Program-made: the position numbers and the translations under genes
Notes under the pieces: generated by a model
Told to the model about the DNA's origin: nothing
The model's input: only the letters and a program-made list of their open reading frames with translations
Database searches by the model: none
Assembly: GCA_021823345.1 (NCBI GenBank)
Contig: JAKAOF010000007.1
Span: 1 to 58,799 of the forward strand
From: Thermoplasmata archaeon
GTDB taxonomy: Archaea > Thermoplasmatota > Thermoplasmata > Lutacidiplasmatales > UBA184
Length of the DNA: 58,799 nt
Direction: 5' to 3'
Shown: piece after piece, positions 20,131-29,358 of the stretch
Layout of the letters: the number at the start of each line of letters is the position of its first letter
How positions within the stretch are numbered: the first letter of the stretch is position 1

Positions 20131-21036
20131 ATGAGGGGAGTCGCCCTGCTCGCCACATCGCTCGTGGTGTTGCTTTCGCTCCTCGGGACCGGGGCCGCCG
20201 TCTCGGTCGCACATCCCCCCGGCACGTCGGGTGCGGGCCCGTCTCCGCTCCCCCCCATCCCGTTGCCCGCCGCCGGAACGACCACGTGGGTGGTCCTGGT
20301 ACACGGATTCGATCCTGAGGTCGATCCGGTCGCGTTCTGGTACTACGGGGTCGACATCTACCAGCAGCTGGTGAACAGTGGCTACCACGTCGCGGTGGTC
20401 TCCTACTACGGAACCTTCACCCTGGCGCTCAGCACCGGGACAGTGTACACCGACACCTCCTTCTTCGGGACGACAAACACCCCGATCGAGATCGTGGCCG
20501 ACGAGCTCGCCCGGTCCATGAAGACCGTCCTCGGCTCCCAACCCTACACCCTGGACCTGGTGGGCCACAGCATGGGCGGACTGATCGTGCTCTACATGCT
20601 CGAGCACAACCGGTTCCCCAACGTTCACCTGGAGAACGTCGTCTTCATCGGTTCCCCGCTCGGGGGTGCGCCCGTGAGCCAGTTGCAGGCGTACATCCGC
20701 CTCAGCGGGTACCAGGCCTCCGAGATGATCTCCGGCTCCCCGTTCCTCAGCGCCCTCAAGTACTACTTCCCGCCCACGAAGGCCTTCTACTCGCAGACCG
20801 AGTGGCTGGTCTATGCGGGAGATGCCGACCCGTCGTGGGGGTGGGCGGTGTTCCATGGTCCGAACGACGGGCTCGTCTCGGTCCTCTCCGATACCACCCT
20901 CGGATACAACCATCTCTACTTCTTTCCCGACCTCCACATGCCCTTCCTCGACGTCTATGATCCGGGGCACGTGAGCTACGGCGAGGACGAGCATGTGGCG
21001 CTGAAGCTTCTCGCGAACTTCGCCGGCCAGTACTGA
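20131..21036 (+). CDS. Secreted alpha/beta hydrolase (lipase/esterase-like)
   Basis: Signal peptide; VLVHGF oxyanion motif, GHSMGG nucleophile elbow, NDGLV and late His. Confidence 0.82.
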   Translation: MRGVALLATSLVVLLSLLGTGAAVSVAHPPGTSGAGPSPLPPIPLPAAGTTTWVVLVHGFDPEVDPVAFWYYGVDIYQQLVNSGYHVAVVSYYGTFTLALSTGTVYTDTSFFGTTNTPIEIVADELARSMKTVLGSQPYTLDLVGHSMGGLIVLYMLEHNRFPNVHLENVVFIGSPLGGAPVSQLQAYIRLSGYQASEMISGSPFLSALKYYFPPTKAFYSQTEWLVYAGDADPSWGWAVFHGPNDGLVSVLSDTTLGYNHLYFFPDLHMPFLDVYDPGHVSYGEDEHVALKLLANFAGQY

Positions 21037-21080
21037 GCCGGGCGACCCGGTCGTCCCCGGGGGACCCTCCCCGGGGTGGA

Positions 21081-21506
21081 TCAGTGGATTGCGCTCGACT
21101 TGAGTTCCGAGGTGCAGTTCGGGCAGCGGGTGGCCTTGAGCGAGATGGTCGAGATGCAGAAGGGGCACTCCTTCGTCGTGACCTCAGGGGCAGGGGCCGG
21201 CTTGGCGGTCCGCTTCTTCATCTCCTCGTAGGGGCGCACCACGAGGAAGAAGACGACCAGGGAGACCATCAGGAAGGAGATGACCGCATTCAGGAACGCT
21301 CCCTGCAGGAACTTGCTACCGTTGAGCGTGAAGGTCCAGGAACTGAAGTCGAAGTGTCCGGCCACCCCGATGAGCGGCGTGATGATATCGGCCACGAGCG
21401 CCGCGATCACTGCTTGGAATGCGAGACCGATGACGATCCCGACGGCCATGCTCACTACGTCGCCCTTCATGATGAAGGCTTTGAAGTCGTTTAACGGGCT
21501 CCCCAT
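21081..21506 (-). CDS. mscL: Large-conductance mechanosensitive channel with C-terminal zinc ribbon
   Basis: FKAFIMKGDVVSMAVGIVIGLAF, GAFLNAVISF motifs; CPFC..CPNC tail; start ATG 21506. Confidence 0.92.
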   Translation of the reverse strand: MGSPLNDFKAFIMKGDVVSMAVGIVIGLAFQAVIAALVADIITPLIGVAGHFDFSSWTFTLNGSKFLQGAFLNAVISFLMVSLVVFFLVVRPYEEMKKRTAKPAPAPEVTTKECPFCISTISLKATRCPNCTSELKSSAIH

Positions 21507-21727
21507 GGTACCTATACCACTTTTCGCGACATGTTCGGGATATATGAGCACCACAGGGACCGGCGCCCCGATCGGGAATCTCCGCCCGGAGCCTTTCGGA
21601 GCTCCGCGCATTTGAACCCGAGCCCACGGCTCGACAGACCGTGATCCTAGACCACTAGACTATCGGGGCAACCGGCGACCTCCCGACGTGACGCATAAGT
21701 AATTAATTCTTCGCCTCTCATCACCCC

Positions 21728-22675
21728 ATGGCGAAATCGCTTACCTTCGCGCTCCTCGGTTCGAAGACCCTGGGCGGAGAGCTCGGCAAGAAGGGCACCG
21801 CGTCGGACATCACCCTCTACAACCAGTCGAACGAGGGACGGAACATGACCTACGTGGAACCCACCCAGTTCCCCGAGAAGTTCCCTCCGCTCCTCCAGGC
21901 GATCGAGATCGGCCGCCGGCGGGTGGTGCTCGTGATCGAGACCTTCACGAAGGACGTGGGGGAGATGATCGTCACGGCGGACATGATGGGCGTCAACGCG
22001 GGGCTCATCGCGCTCGGTCCCGCGGTCGGGAAGGAGGATGTGCAGAAGACCCTCAAGGGGACCTCCCTCGAATCCCTCGAGATCATCCCGCTCGACCCCA
22101 AGGTGATCCGACAACGGCTCGAGGCCTGGCCCGAAGCTCCGGTGGAGGACGGGAGCCTGCTTCTTCCGATCGATCACGCCTTCCCGGTGCGGGGAGTGGG
22201 CACCGTGGCGCTCGGCCTCGTCGGCCGTGGCACGGTGAAGGCCCACGACAAGCTCCGGCTCTTCCCCGAGGACAAGATGGTGGAGGTCCGCTCCCTCCAG
22301 GTCCACGATGTGGACGTATCCGAGGCCCACCAGGGAGAGCGCGTGGGACTCGCCCTCAAGGGCGTGGAGGCGGACGAGGTGAAACGCGGTCACGTGCTCG
22401 CCCCACCGGACGGGATGAAGACCGGGGACCTCCTCCAGGTGCGGGGATACACCCCCTGCAAATTCTTCAAGGGAAAGGCGGGAGAAGGGGACAAGGTCCA
22501 CGTGGCCATCGGATTGGATGACGTCCCCGCGAAGATCGCGCAGGTCGATGGATCGAACCTCACCCTCCAACTGACCCGACCCATGGCGTGGAACCCCGGG
22601 GACCGGGTACTCGTGGTGGACCTATCGGGCTCGGGCTTTCGTCCGAGGGTCGCGGGGCACGGCGTCGCCGATTAA
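21728..22675 (+). CDS. SelB-like (SelBL) translation factor homolog with degenerate G domain
   Basis: IDHAFPVRGVGTVALG and VRSLQVHD..GERVGLAL EF-Tu domain II; GKKGTASDITLYN N-terminus without a canonical P-loop. Confidence 0.82.
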   Translation: MAKSLTFALLGSKTLGGELGKKGTASDITLYNQSNEGRNMTYVEPTQFPEKFPPLLQAIEIGRRRVVLVIETFTKDVGEMIVTADMMGVNAGLIALGPAVGKEDVQKTLKGTSLESLEIIPLDPKVIRQRLEAWPEAPVEDGSLLLPIDHAFPVRGVGTVALGLVGRGTVKAHDKLRLFPEDKMVEVRSLQVHDVDVSEAHQGERVGLALKGVEADEVKRGHVLAPPDGMKTGDLLQVRGYTPCKFFKGKAGEGDKVHVAIGLDDVPAKIAQVDGSNLTLQLTRPMAWNPGDRVLVVDLSGSGFRPRVAGHGVAD

Positions 22676-22726
22676 CGACCCACCGGACCCGACGGAGGCT
22701 CCGCCGTGCCAATGGCGGGGATCGGG

Positions 22727-23287
22727 TCAGATCTCCTTCCCGTCCGGGGAAGCGAGGGTTCGGCTCAACGCTCCGAGGTCGCGCCAGCCGTATCCTACCT
22801 CGGGATGCTTCTCGCCGGCGACCCCGACCACGCGCTCCTGCGCGAGGGTCCCACCGATCTTCTCGTAGAACGCCCGACAGGGGTTCTCTTTGAGGACCCA
22901 GACCAGCATGTCGGTCCGCCCCGTCGACCGTAGATGGTCGACCACCGCCCGGACCAATGCGCGCCCGATCCCCGCACGCTGGTGCTCCCGGAGCACGTAG
23001 ATCACCCCGAGTTCGCCGGAGAAACCGGTCTGCGCGTCCTGACAGGCCCCGCCCCCGGCGAAACCGACCACCTCCGCATCCCGCTCGGCGATGAACTCCT
23101 TCCATCCCGAAGGAGGCTGCCGCACCCAACTTCCAAAGCCCCGGCTGACGTCCCATTCCACGGAGAGGTGGTCGAGATATCGGTCCGAGACGATCCCGCG
23201 GTAGGTGGTCTTCCAGGTCTCCACGTGGACCCGGGCCATTCCCGGAATGTCGCGTTCTTCCGCCGGACGGACCCGTATCCGAGGCAT
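22727..23287 (-). CDS. GNAT-family N-acetyltransferase
   Basis: IYVLREHQRAGIGRAL motif A and NPCRAFYEKIGG; start ATG 23287. Confidence 0.88.
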   Translation of the reverse strand: MPRIRVRPAEERDIPGMARVHVETWKTTYRGIVSDRYLDHLSVEWDVSRGFGSWVRQPPSGWKEFIAERDAEVVGFAGGGACQDAQTGFSGELGVIYVLREHQRAGIGRALVRAVVDHLRSTGRTDMLVWVLKENPCRAFYEKIGGTLAQERVVGVAGEKHPEVGYGWRDLGALSRTLASPDGKEI

Positions 23288-23358
23288 CGTACCCCCCCTA
23301 AGGGACCGGACAAAATGAACGCTCGCATCCCTTGACCTCACGCGATTACCACGGAACA

Positions 23359-23386
23359 CCCCCACCCCCCCGATTCCAGTGGAATC
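23359..23386 (-). promoter_or_regulatory. ORB-like element (Orc1/Cdc6 origin recognition box)
   Basis: GATTCCAGTGGAATC palindrome with adjacent G-string on the minus strand; resembles the archaeal ORB TTCCAGTGGAAA-n-GGGG. Confidence 0.55.
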
Positions 23387-23444
23387 ACCCGGCCCCGAAG
23401 TCCGATCCCCAGAGCACGACCATTGAATTGTGGCACAGTCAACG

Positions 23445-23597
23445 CTCAAACAAAGAACCAACAAATGTTCAAATAAAAAATAAAAATTGAATACGTAACT
23501 TTTTTTATTTGATAGAATTTATGTAAACACTTTATATACATGTTTGTATTGTGTTGGTATGATTTGATTACGATTTGTGTAATGTAACATTTTGTAG
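23445..23597. other. AT-rich island, candidate DNA unwinding element of a replication origin
   Basis: Only long strongly AT-rich stretch in the window; A-rich left half and T-rich right half; perfect 12-bp inverted repeat 23469-23480 / 23501-23512. Confidence 0.55.
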
Positions 23598-23675
23598 TCG
23601 AACCCTGCTCGGACCCCCCCCTCGGCGCAATGCTTTTACTCGGACGATTTCTACCTTCGATAACCGAGTGAGCGC

Positions 23676-23975
23676 ATGATCACGTACGTCGAAGTGTACT
23701 TCTCCACCGAAGGACCGGTCTCTACCGAACTCGCCGAAAAGGTGCAACGGGAAACGGGGCTCTCCTTCATTCGGGGAAGGAAGGACCTGGCCTTCAAGTG
23801 GGCCACCGACAAGGAATTCAGTGACATGATGGCAAAGATCCACGAGGCGTTCCGCGGTTCGAAGGCCTTCCTCAAGTTCGACACCCAGGAGGAAGAGTCG
23901 GGTCCTCTCCAGCTCGCGGCCCAGTGGCCCCCGGTGGGGGGTAAGCGCCAGGAACGCGCGGGGAGTTCCCTCTGA
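23676..23975 (+). CDS. Small conserved hypothetical protein (Thermoplasmata-type)
   Basis: TYVEVYFSTEG..GxxDLxFxW pattern recalled from small Thermoplasmata proteins; host-like codon usage. Confidence 0.7.
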   Translation: MITYVEVYFSTEGPVSTELAEKVQRETGLSFIRGRKDLAFKWATDKEFSDMMAKIHEAFRGSKAFLKFDTQEEESGPLQLAAQWPPVGGKRQERAGSSL

Positions 23976-23994
23976 CGCCTCCCCCCGACCGAGC

Positions 23995-24015
23995 ATTCCA
24001 CTGGAAAAGGGGGGG
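23995..24015 (+). promoter_or_regulatory. ORB-like element
   Basis: TTCCACTGGAA-AA-GGGGGGG, inverted relative to the copy at 23359-23386. Confidence 0.55.
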
Positions 24016-24033
24016 TCCCTGTCTAGCCTGACC

Positions 24034-25341
24034 ATGAGCGTCGAAGAGCTCGAGGCGACGGTTCACCGGATCTGCTCCACGGTGGAAGAGCATTCCCGCT
24101 GGTTCGAGGGGGCCCTGCCCCTCATCGCCTCGGAGAACCTCCTCTCCCCGTACGCCAAGGAACTGCTCATCTCGGACTTCCATTCCCGGTACGCGGAGGG
24201 CCTTCCCGGCGAGCGCTACTACGAGGGCAACCACTGGGTCGACGTGGTCGAACAGGAGTGCCTACGCCTCGCTCGGGAGCTCTTCCGTTGCAATTTCGCC
24301 GACGTGCGACCGATCTCGGGCACGGTGGCCAACATCGCGGTGCTCAAGGCCATGGCCGAGCCCGGGATGCAGATCGGCTCCTGCCGCCTCGCCGAAGGGG
24401 CCCACATCTCCTCCGCCGGGTTCGGCGCCTTCGGGATCCGGTCGGTCAAGCAGGTCTACTACGCCTTTGACACCCACGAGATGCAGCTCGATGTGGACGC
24501 CACGAAGCGCATCCTCCTCAAGGAGCGTCCTCCGCTGGCGCTCTTCGGTCTCTCGCTCTTCCTCTTCCCCTTCCCGCTCCAGGAGCTCCAGGAAACGCTG
24601 CGGGACATCGGTGCCCTCGGGTGGTACGACGGGGCGCACGTGCTGGGCCTCATCGCCTCAGGCCTCTTCCAGGACCCGCTGCACGAGGGGTGCGCGGTGC
24701 TCTCGGGTTCCACGCACAAGACGCTCCCGGGTCCCCAGCATGGGATCCTGCTCTCGGACTCCCAGGATGCCGACCTGAAGAAGCGTCTCACCTCCGCCGC
24801 CTTCCCCGGCGTCACCAGCAACCATCACCTCAACGAGATGGCCGCGCTCGCCGTGAGCCTGGCCGAGCAGCTCGCGTTCGGGAAGGACTATTCCCGGATG
24901 ATCGTCCGCAACGCCAAGGCGCTCGGCGCCGCGCTGCAGCAGCGCGGGTTCCAGGTGCTTTGTGCCCACAAGGATTTCACCGAAAGCCACCAGGTCGCCG
25001 TGCGGGTCGAGGCGGAAGGCGGCGGCGACGCGGTCGCGAAACGTCTCGAGGCCGCCCGGATCGTGGTGAACAAGAACCTCCTCCCGGGGGACAAGAGCCC
25101 GAAGCATCCCGAAGGCATCCGCCTCGGGGCCCAGGAGCTCACCCGGGTCGGGATGGGTCCTTCCGACATGGATGCGGTCGCCGAGTTCATGGATGACCTC
25201 CTCCACAAGGGGAAGGGTCCGGAGGAGGTCGGCGCCCGGGTCGCCGAGTTCAAGAAGGGATTCACGAAGGTGCGCTACTGCTTCGGCGCCGGCGAGGCGG
25301 CGTACCGCTACTACCACTTGGTGGAGCCCGCACTGCGGTAG
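24034..25341 (+). CDS. glyA: Serine hydroxymethyltransferase (archaeal type)
   Basis: LIASEN, YAEGLPGERYY, DGAHVLGL, STHKTLPGPQ PLP-lysine motif. Confidence 0.96.
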   Translation: MSVEELEATVHRICSTVEEHSRWFEGALPLIASENLLSPYAKELLISDFHSRYAEGLPGERYYEGNHWVDVVEQECLRLARELFRCNFADVRPISGTVANIAVLKAMAEPGMQIGSCRLAEGAHISSAGFGAFGIRSVKQVYYAFDTHEMQLDVDATKRILLKERPPLALFGLSLFLFPFPLQELQETLRDIGALGWYDGAHVLGLIASGLFQDPLHEGCAVLSGSTHKTLPGPQHGILLSDSQDADLKKRLTSAAFPGVTSNHHLNEMAALAVSLAEQLAFGKDYSRMIVRNAKALGAALQQRGFQVLCAHKDFTESHQVAVRVEAEGGGDAVAKRLEAARIVVNKNLLPGDKSPKHPEGIRLGAQELTRVGMGPSDMDAVAEFMDDLLHKGKGPEEVGARVAEFKKGFTKVRYCFGAGEAAYRYYHLVEPALR

Positions 25342-26227
25342 CCTTCCCCTTGGCCGGGGGCGCCCGCATCGCCGCGCGATAGCTGTAGTGGAGCCCCCGG
25401 AAGTATCCTTCCGGCGAGCCCACGGAGAGCCACCGTTCCTCCGATGGGCGCGAGATGAGGGCATAGACCTTCCTTCCCCGCTCGATGAGCCCCTCGATGC
25501 CGTTGGTGACCTCGAGCTCCGTCTGGGGATCCTTCTGACGGAGTTCCCGCAGGATGTCGAAGATCTCCGGAGAAAAGGCGTACATCGCCGTGGCTGCCCA
25601 CGAGCTGCGGGGTTGGGTCGGCTTTTCCTCCATGCCCGTGACCTGCAGGGACCGGTAGCCGTCCCACCGTCCATCGGGCACTCCCTCGACCACCCCGTAC
25701 CTCCGGGGGTCCCGGACCTTTCGCACGAAGAGCACGGCCGAGGCCTTCTTCTGGAAGAGCAGATGGGACATCGCCGAAAGCGCCCGCCCCGTGGTGCGTT
25801 CCATGAGGAGCGCATCGGCGGCATGCAGCAGGAAGGGGTGCTCTCCCACCGCCGCGGAGGAGCGCAGGAGCGCATCTCCGAACCCGGCGGGCGAGCTCTG
25901 GATCACCCAGGAGAAATGCATCTGGGACAGGAGATCGTAGAGCGCGAGCGTCTCCACCAGGCGGTCCTGGTGGTGCGCGTGGCGGTCGAGCAGGTTGCCA
26001 TCCTCGGTGAAGTAGCGCAGGATGGAGGCCGCGTCGTTCCCGACCACCATCGTGACATTGGACACTCCGGCGGCGTGCAGGGAATTCACGACCAGGTGGG
26101 CCACCGGGGCGAGGACCGGGACGCCTCCCTTGCCTCGGTAGAAAAGGGGGAGCATCTCCTTGCGGAGCCCCTTCGTCACGGGCAGGAGCCGGGACCCCTC
26201 CCCGGCCATGGTGATGACGGCCTTCAT
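25262..26227 (-). CDS. Sugar-phosphate nucleotidyltransferase (GalU-like paralog)
   Basis: AGEGSRLLPVTK..KEMLP, GFGDA, YGVV, EEKP motifs. Confidence 0.85.
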   Translation of the reverse strand: MKAVITMAGEGSRLLPVTKGLRKEMLPLFYRGKGGVPVLAPVAHLVVNSLHAAGVSNVTMVVGNDAASILRYFTEDGNLLDRHAHHQDRLVETLALYDLLSQMHFSWVIQSSPAGFGDALLRSSAAVGEHPFLLHAADALLMERTTGRALSAMSHLLFQKKASAVLFVRKVRDPRRYGVVEGVPDGRWDGYRSLQVTGMEEKPTQPRSSWAATAMYAFSPEIFDILRELRQKDPQTELEVTNGIEGLIERGRKVYALISRPSEERWLSVGSPEGYFRGLHYSYRAAMRAPPAKGKATAVRAPPSGSSGTPPRRRRSSSAPS

Positions 26228-26273
26228 GCGCCCCCCATCCGCGCTTCCACAGCCCGAGGGTTCTTAAATGGCT

Positions 26274-27977
26274 CTATGCCGGGTCGCTCCCGGCCCCCTT
26301 GGCCGCGGCGCGCTCCTTGGAGAACCGGCGGATATGGCGCTTCATGGCCCACTCGCGTTTCCGCTCCGCCCGCTGGTAGCCCTCATCGCGCGTGCCCTGG
26401 GCGACGAGGATGACCACCCGTCCCGACGCGCTCCTCCCCGTGCGTCCCATCCGTTGGATGGTGCGGATCTCGCTGGGCAGGGCCTCGAAGAAGACGACGA
26501 GGTCCACGTTCGGGATGTCGATGCCTTCCTCGGCGACGCTGCTCGCGACCAGGACCGGGAACCCGCCCGAGCGGAACTCCTCCAGGACCTGGCCCTGTTC
26601 CTTTTGGTTCATCCCGCGGTCCTCTTCGGAGCGCGTGGCCTGCCCCACGAAGCGCTTCGCCGCGATCCCGTGACGGGCGAGCTCGCTCACCACGGATCGG
26701 ACCGTGTCCCGGAACTGGGCGAAGACGAGGACCTTCGCCGCCGGCTTCTCCGCGAGCGTCTCCTGGATCACTCCCACGAGCTCGGGCAGCTTGGGGTGCG
26801 AGGCGCGACCGGGCTCGGCCAGGTGGCGCTTTCCTACCTCGATGGCCTTCTGGACGATGGGGCGGGTGAGGAAGGCCTTGTCGGCCTTCCCTGGCTTCGC
26901 CTTGACCCGCAGGCGCTCGATGTAGTCGAGGAGGGGCGATATCCCCTGCGTCTCGAGCAGTTCCCCGGCGTGGTAGAAATGCATGGCGAGCATCAGGCGG
27001 TACATCGCCCCGAACTTGCGGCCCATGGGCCCGGGACGCGCCATGATCATGGCGCGGGTGTTGACCAGGTCCTTGACCCCGGTCACCCGCAGGGGTTTGT
27101 TCCGAAGGAACCCCATGCGTTGGAGGCGGACCATGGATTCGTGGGCCGCCTCCCGCAGCCCCTGGCGGATCTCCTCGAGCTCGGCGGGGAGCCGTACCTT
27201 GAGATGCTGGGTCTCGATGGACTGGACGTATCCCGCGACATCCTCATCCTCCCGGGACCGGGCCTCGACCCGGGTGATCCCGAGGTGGCCGAGGACCTCA
27301 TCGATCTTCGGTCCCTTCCCCCCGGGGGAGGCGGTGAGCCCGAGCACGCGTCCGTCGCTCGAGCGTTGGGTGCGGTAGATGGCGGCGATCTTCACGTAGG
27401 CATACTGGCCGACCGCGCGATGCGCCTCGTCGAAGATGACCAGGGCCACGTCCTTCAGGGAGTAGCGTCCCTGGGTGAGGTCGTTGATGACGAGCTGCGG
27501 GGTGGCGAAGATCACGTCCGCCGGATCGAAGGCGCCTTCCCGCTGCGGGGACCCCACCGAACCGGTGAACGTCGCCCGGGAGAGTCGGGCGAACCAACCC
27601 GAGAACGACCGCGCGTGCTGCTGTACGAGGGGCCGGGTGGGCGCTAGGAACAGCACCTTTCCCCGTCCGCACCGGAGCCGCTCGGCCGCCACCAGGGCGG
27701 CGATGACCGTCTTGCCGAGCCCGGTCGGAAGGACGGTGAGCGTGTCGTTCGCGAGGGCGGTCCGGGCAATGGCCACCTGGAAGGGATAGGCGCGGACCCG
27801 GTCCGGACGCAGGAGGGGATGGCGCAAGTACCCTTGCGTGGACTCCTCGAGGAGCTCCCCCTCGGGCCGCTCGTCGCGGGCCGAAGCGGCCGGGGTCCCT
27901 CGCGCCGCGTCGCCCCCGGGGAATTCGTCGAGCGTGCGCTGGAACTTGTCCGATGTGAACCCCTCTTTGGTCTTCAT
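26274..27977 (-). CDS. hef: Hef/FANCM-family SF2 helicase without a fused ERCC4 nuclease
   Basis: LPTGLGKT, DEAHRA, LTASPG, FVGQA, SVAEEGIDIP, IQRMGRTGR motifs. Confidence 0.9.
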   Translation of the reverse strand: MKTKEGFTSDKFQRTLDEFPGGDAARGTPAASARDERPEGELLEESTQGYLRHPLLRPDRVRAYPFQVAIARTALANDTLTVLPTGLGKTVIAALVAAERLRCGRGKVLFLAPTRPLVQQHARSFSGWFARLSRATFTGSVGSPQREGAFDPADVIFATPQLVINDLTQGRYSLKDVALVIFDEAHRAVGQYAYVKIAAIYRTQRSSDGRVLGLTASPGGKGPKIDEVLGHLGITRVEARSREDEDVAGYVQSIETQHLKVRLPAELEEIRQGLREAAHESMVRLQRMGFLRNKPLRVTGVKDLVNTRAMIMARPGPMGRKFGAMYRLMLAMHFYHAGELLETQGISPLLDYIERLRVKAKPGKADKAFLTRPIVQKAIEVGKRHLAEPGRASHPKLPELVGVIQETLAEKPAAKVLVFAQFRDTVRSVVSELARHGIAAKRFVGQATRSEEDRGMNQKEQGQVLEEFRSGGFPVLVASSVAEEGIDIPNVDLVVFFEALPSEIRTIQRMGRTGRSASGRVVILVAQGTRDEGYQRAERKREWAMKRHIRRFSKERAAAKGAGSDPA

Positions 27978-27996
27978 TCAGGGGAGCGCCGGAAAG

Positions 27997-29358
27997 TCAT
28001 TCCTTCCCGACACCGAGACCCACCCAGCGGACCCCCGCCCGGGCCATGGCGTCCCGCGGGAGGGTGCGGCGGGTGTCGATCACCGTCCTCTGTCGGAGGT
28101 CCCGCCACTTTCGGGCCGGCAACGTCCGGAACTCTTCCCAGTCGCTCTGGACGATCGCCGCGTCCGCGCCGCGGAGCGCCTCGTTCAGGGAGGCGGCAAA
28201 GGAAAGGTGGGACCCGGCCGCTCGGATCGATCCCTCCGTCAGCCCCTTCCGGAAGCTCTCCATGGCATGGGGATCAAAGAGGACGACCGATGCCCCCCGG
28301 CGGAGAAGACCGTCAAGTATCGGGTAGGCGCGGGAGTCCCGGGTGTCCGAAGTGCCGGGCTTGAAGGAGAGGCCGAGGAGGGCGATGCGCTTGCCTGAAA
28401 GACCCTCGAGCGCCTCTTCCGTCAGGTCCACCACGTGGTGGGCCTGAAGCTCGTTGCCATCGAGCGTCGCCGTGAGGATGGGGGTCTCGACCCCGTGGTC
28501 CCGGCCCCAGGAGGCGAGTGCGCGCACGTCCTTCGTGAAGCAACTGCCCCCGTACCCGGGCCCGGCCCGCAGGAAGAGGGGGCCGATCCGCGGGTCGCTC
28601 CCGACCGCCGCGAGGACCGGGTCGATGTCCACGCCCGCCCGTTGCGCGATCCGGGCCATCTCGTTCGAGTACGAGACGCGCAGGGCGAGCATCGCGTTCG
28701 AGGCGTACTTGACGAGCTCGGCCGCCGCGACCGGGAGCGTCACAAGGGGCGCAGGGAACTTCTGATAGAGGCCCCGGAGGGACCGTTCGCTGCGGGCATC
28801 GGGGACCCCGATCACGATCCGGGCCGGGCGGAGGGCGTCCCGGACCATGGTACCCTCGGCCAAGAACTCGGGGTTCGACGCCACGGAGAAATCCACCCCG
28901 GGACGCAAGGACCCCGATTTCTGGATCACTTCGGTGACCATGCCCCCCGCCGTCCCGGGGACCACGGTGCTCTTCACGACGACCAGCCGCCACTTCCCGA
29001 GGCGATGGATGGCCGTGCCCACGTCGAGCGCGGCCTGGGCCAGGAAGGAAAGGTCGATCGAGCCATCCCCGGTCGAAGGGGTCTGGATGCAAAGGAAGAC
29101 CACGGGGGAACGCGCCACGAGGTCTTCCAGGGAATCCGCGAGGAGCAGTCGGCGGGAGCGGATCGCCCGTCGAATCAGCGGGGCGAGCCCTTCCTCGTAG
29201 ATGGGGGCCGTGCCCTTCCGGAGCGCCTCCCTCCGGGCCGCGTCGACGTCGAACCCGATCACGTGGAGACCATAATGCGCGAACGCCGCGGCGGTCGCCA
29301 TCCCCACGTAACCCATGCCGATGATCCCGACGGTCGGCGGGGCCCGGGCGGTGCTCAT
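27997..29358 (-). CDS. ugd: UDP-glucose 6-dehydrogenase
   Basis: GMGYVG, KSTVVPG, NPEFLAEG, GYGGSCFTKD, GLSFKP motifs; start ATG 29358. Confidence 0.92.
   Translation of the reverse strand: MSTARAPPTVGIIGMGYVGMATAAAFAHYGLHVIGFDVDAARREALRKGTAPIYEEGLAPLIRRAIRSRRLLLADSLEDLVARSPVVFLCIQTPSTGDGSIDLSFLAQAALDVGTAIHRLGKWRLVVVKSTVVPGTAGGMVTEVIQKSGSLRPGVDFSVASNPEFLAEGTMVRDALRPARIVIGVPDARSERSLRGLYQKFPAPLVTLPVAAAELVKYASNAMLALRVSYSNEMARIAQRAGVDIDPVLAAVGSDPRIGPLFLRAGPGYGGSCFTKDVRALASWGRDHGVETPILTATLDGNELQAHHVVDLTEEALEGLSGKRIALLGLSFKPGTSDTRDSRAYPILDGLLRRGASVVLFDPHAMESFRKGLTEGSIRAAGSHLSFAASLNEALRGADAAIVQSDWEEFRTLPARKWRDLRQRTVIDTRRTLPRDAMARAGVRWVGLGVGKE

Noticed and set aside
23581-23590. Reverse-complement match to the TGTTACATT operator inside the AT-rich island
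   Set aside because: A single short copy in AT-rich DNA, likely chance.
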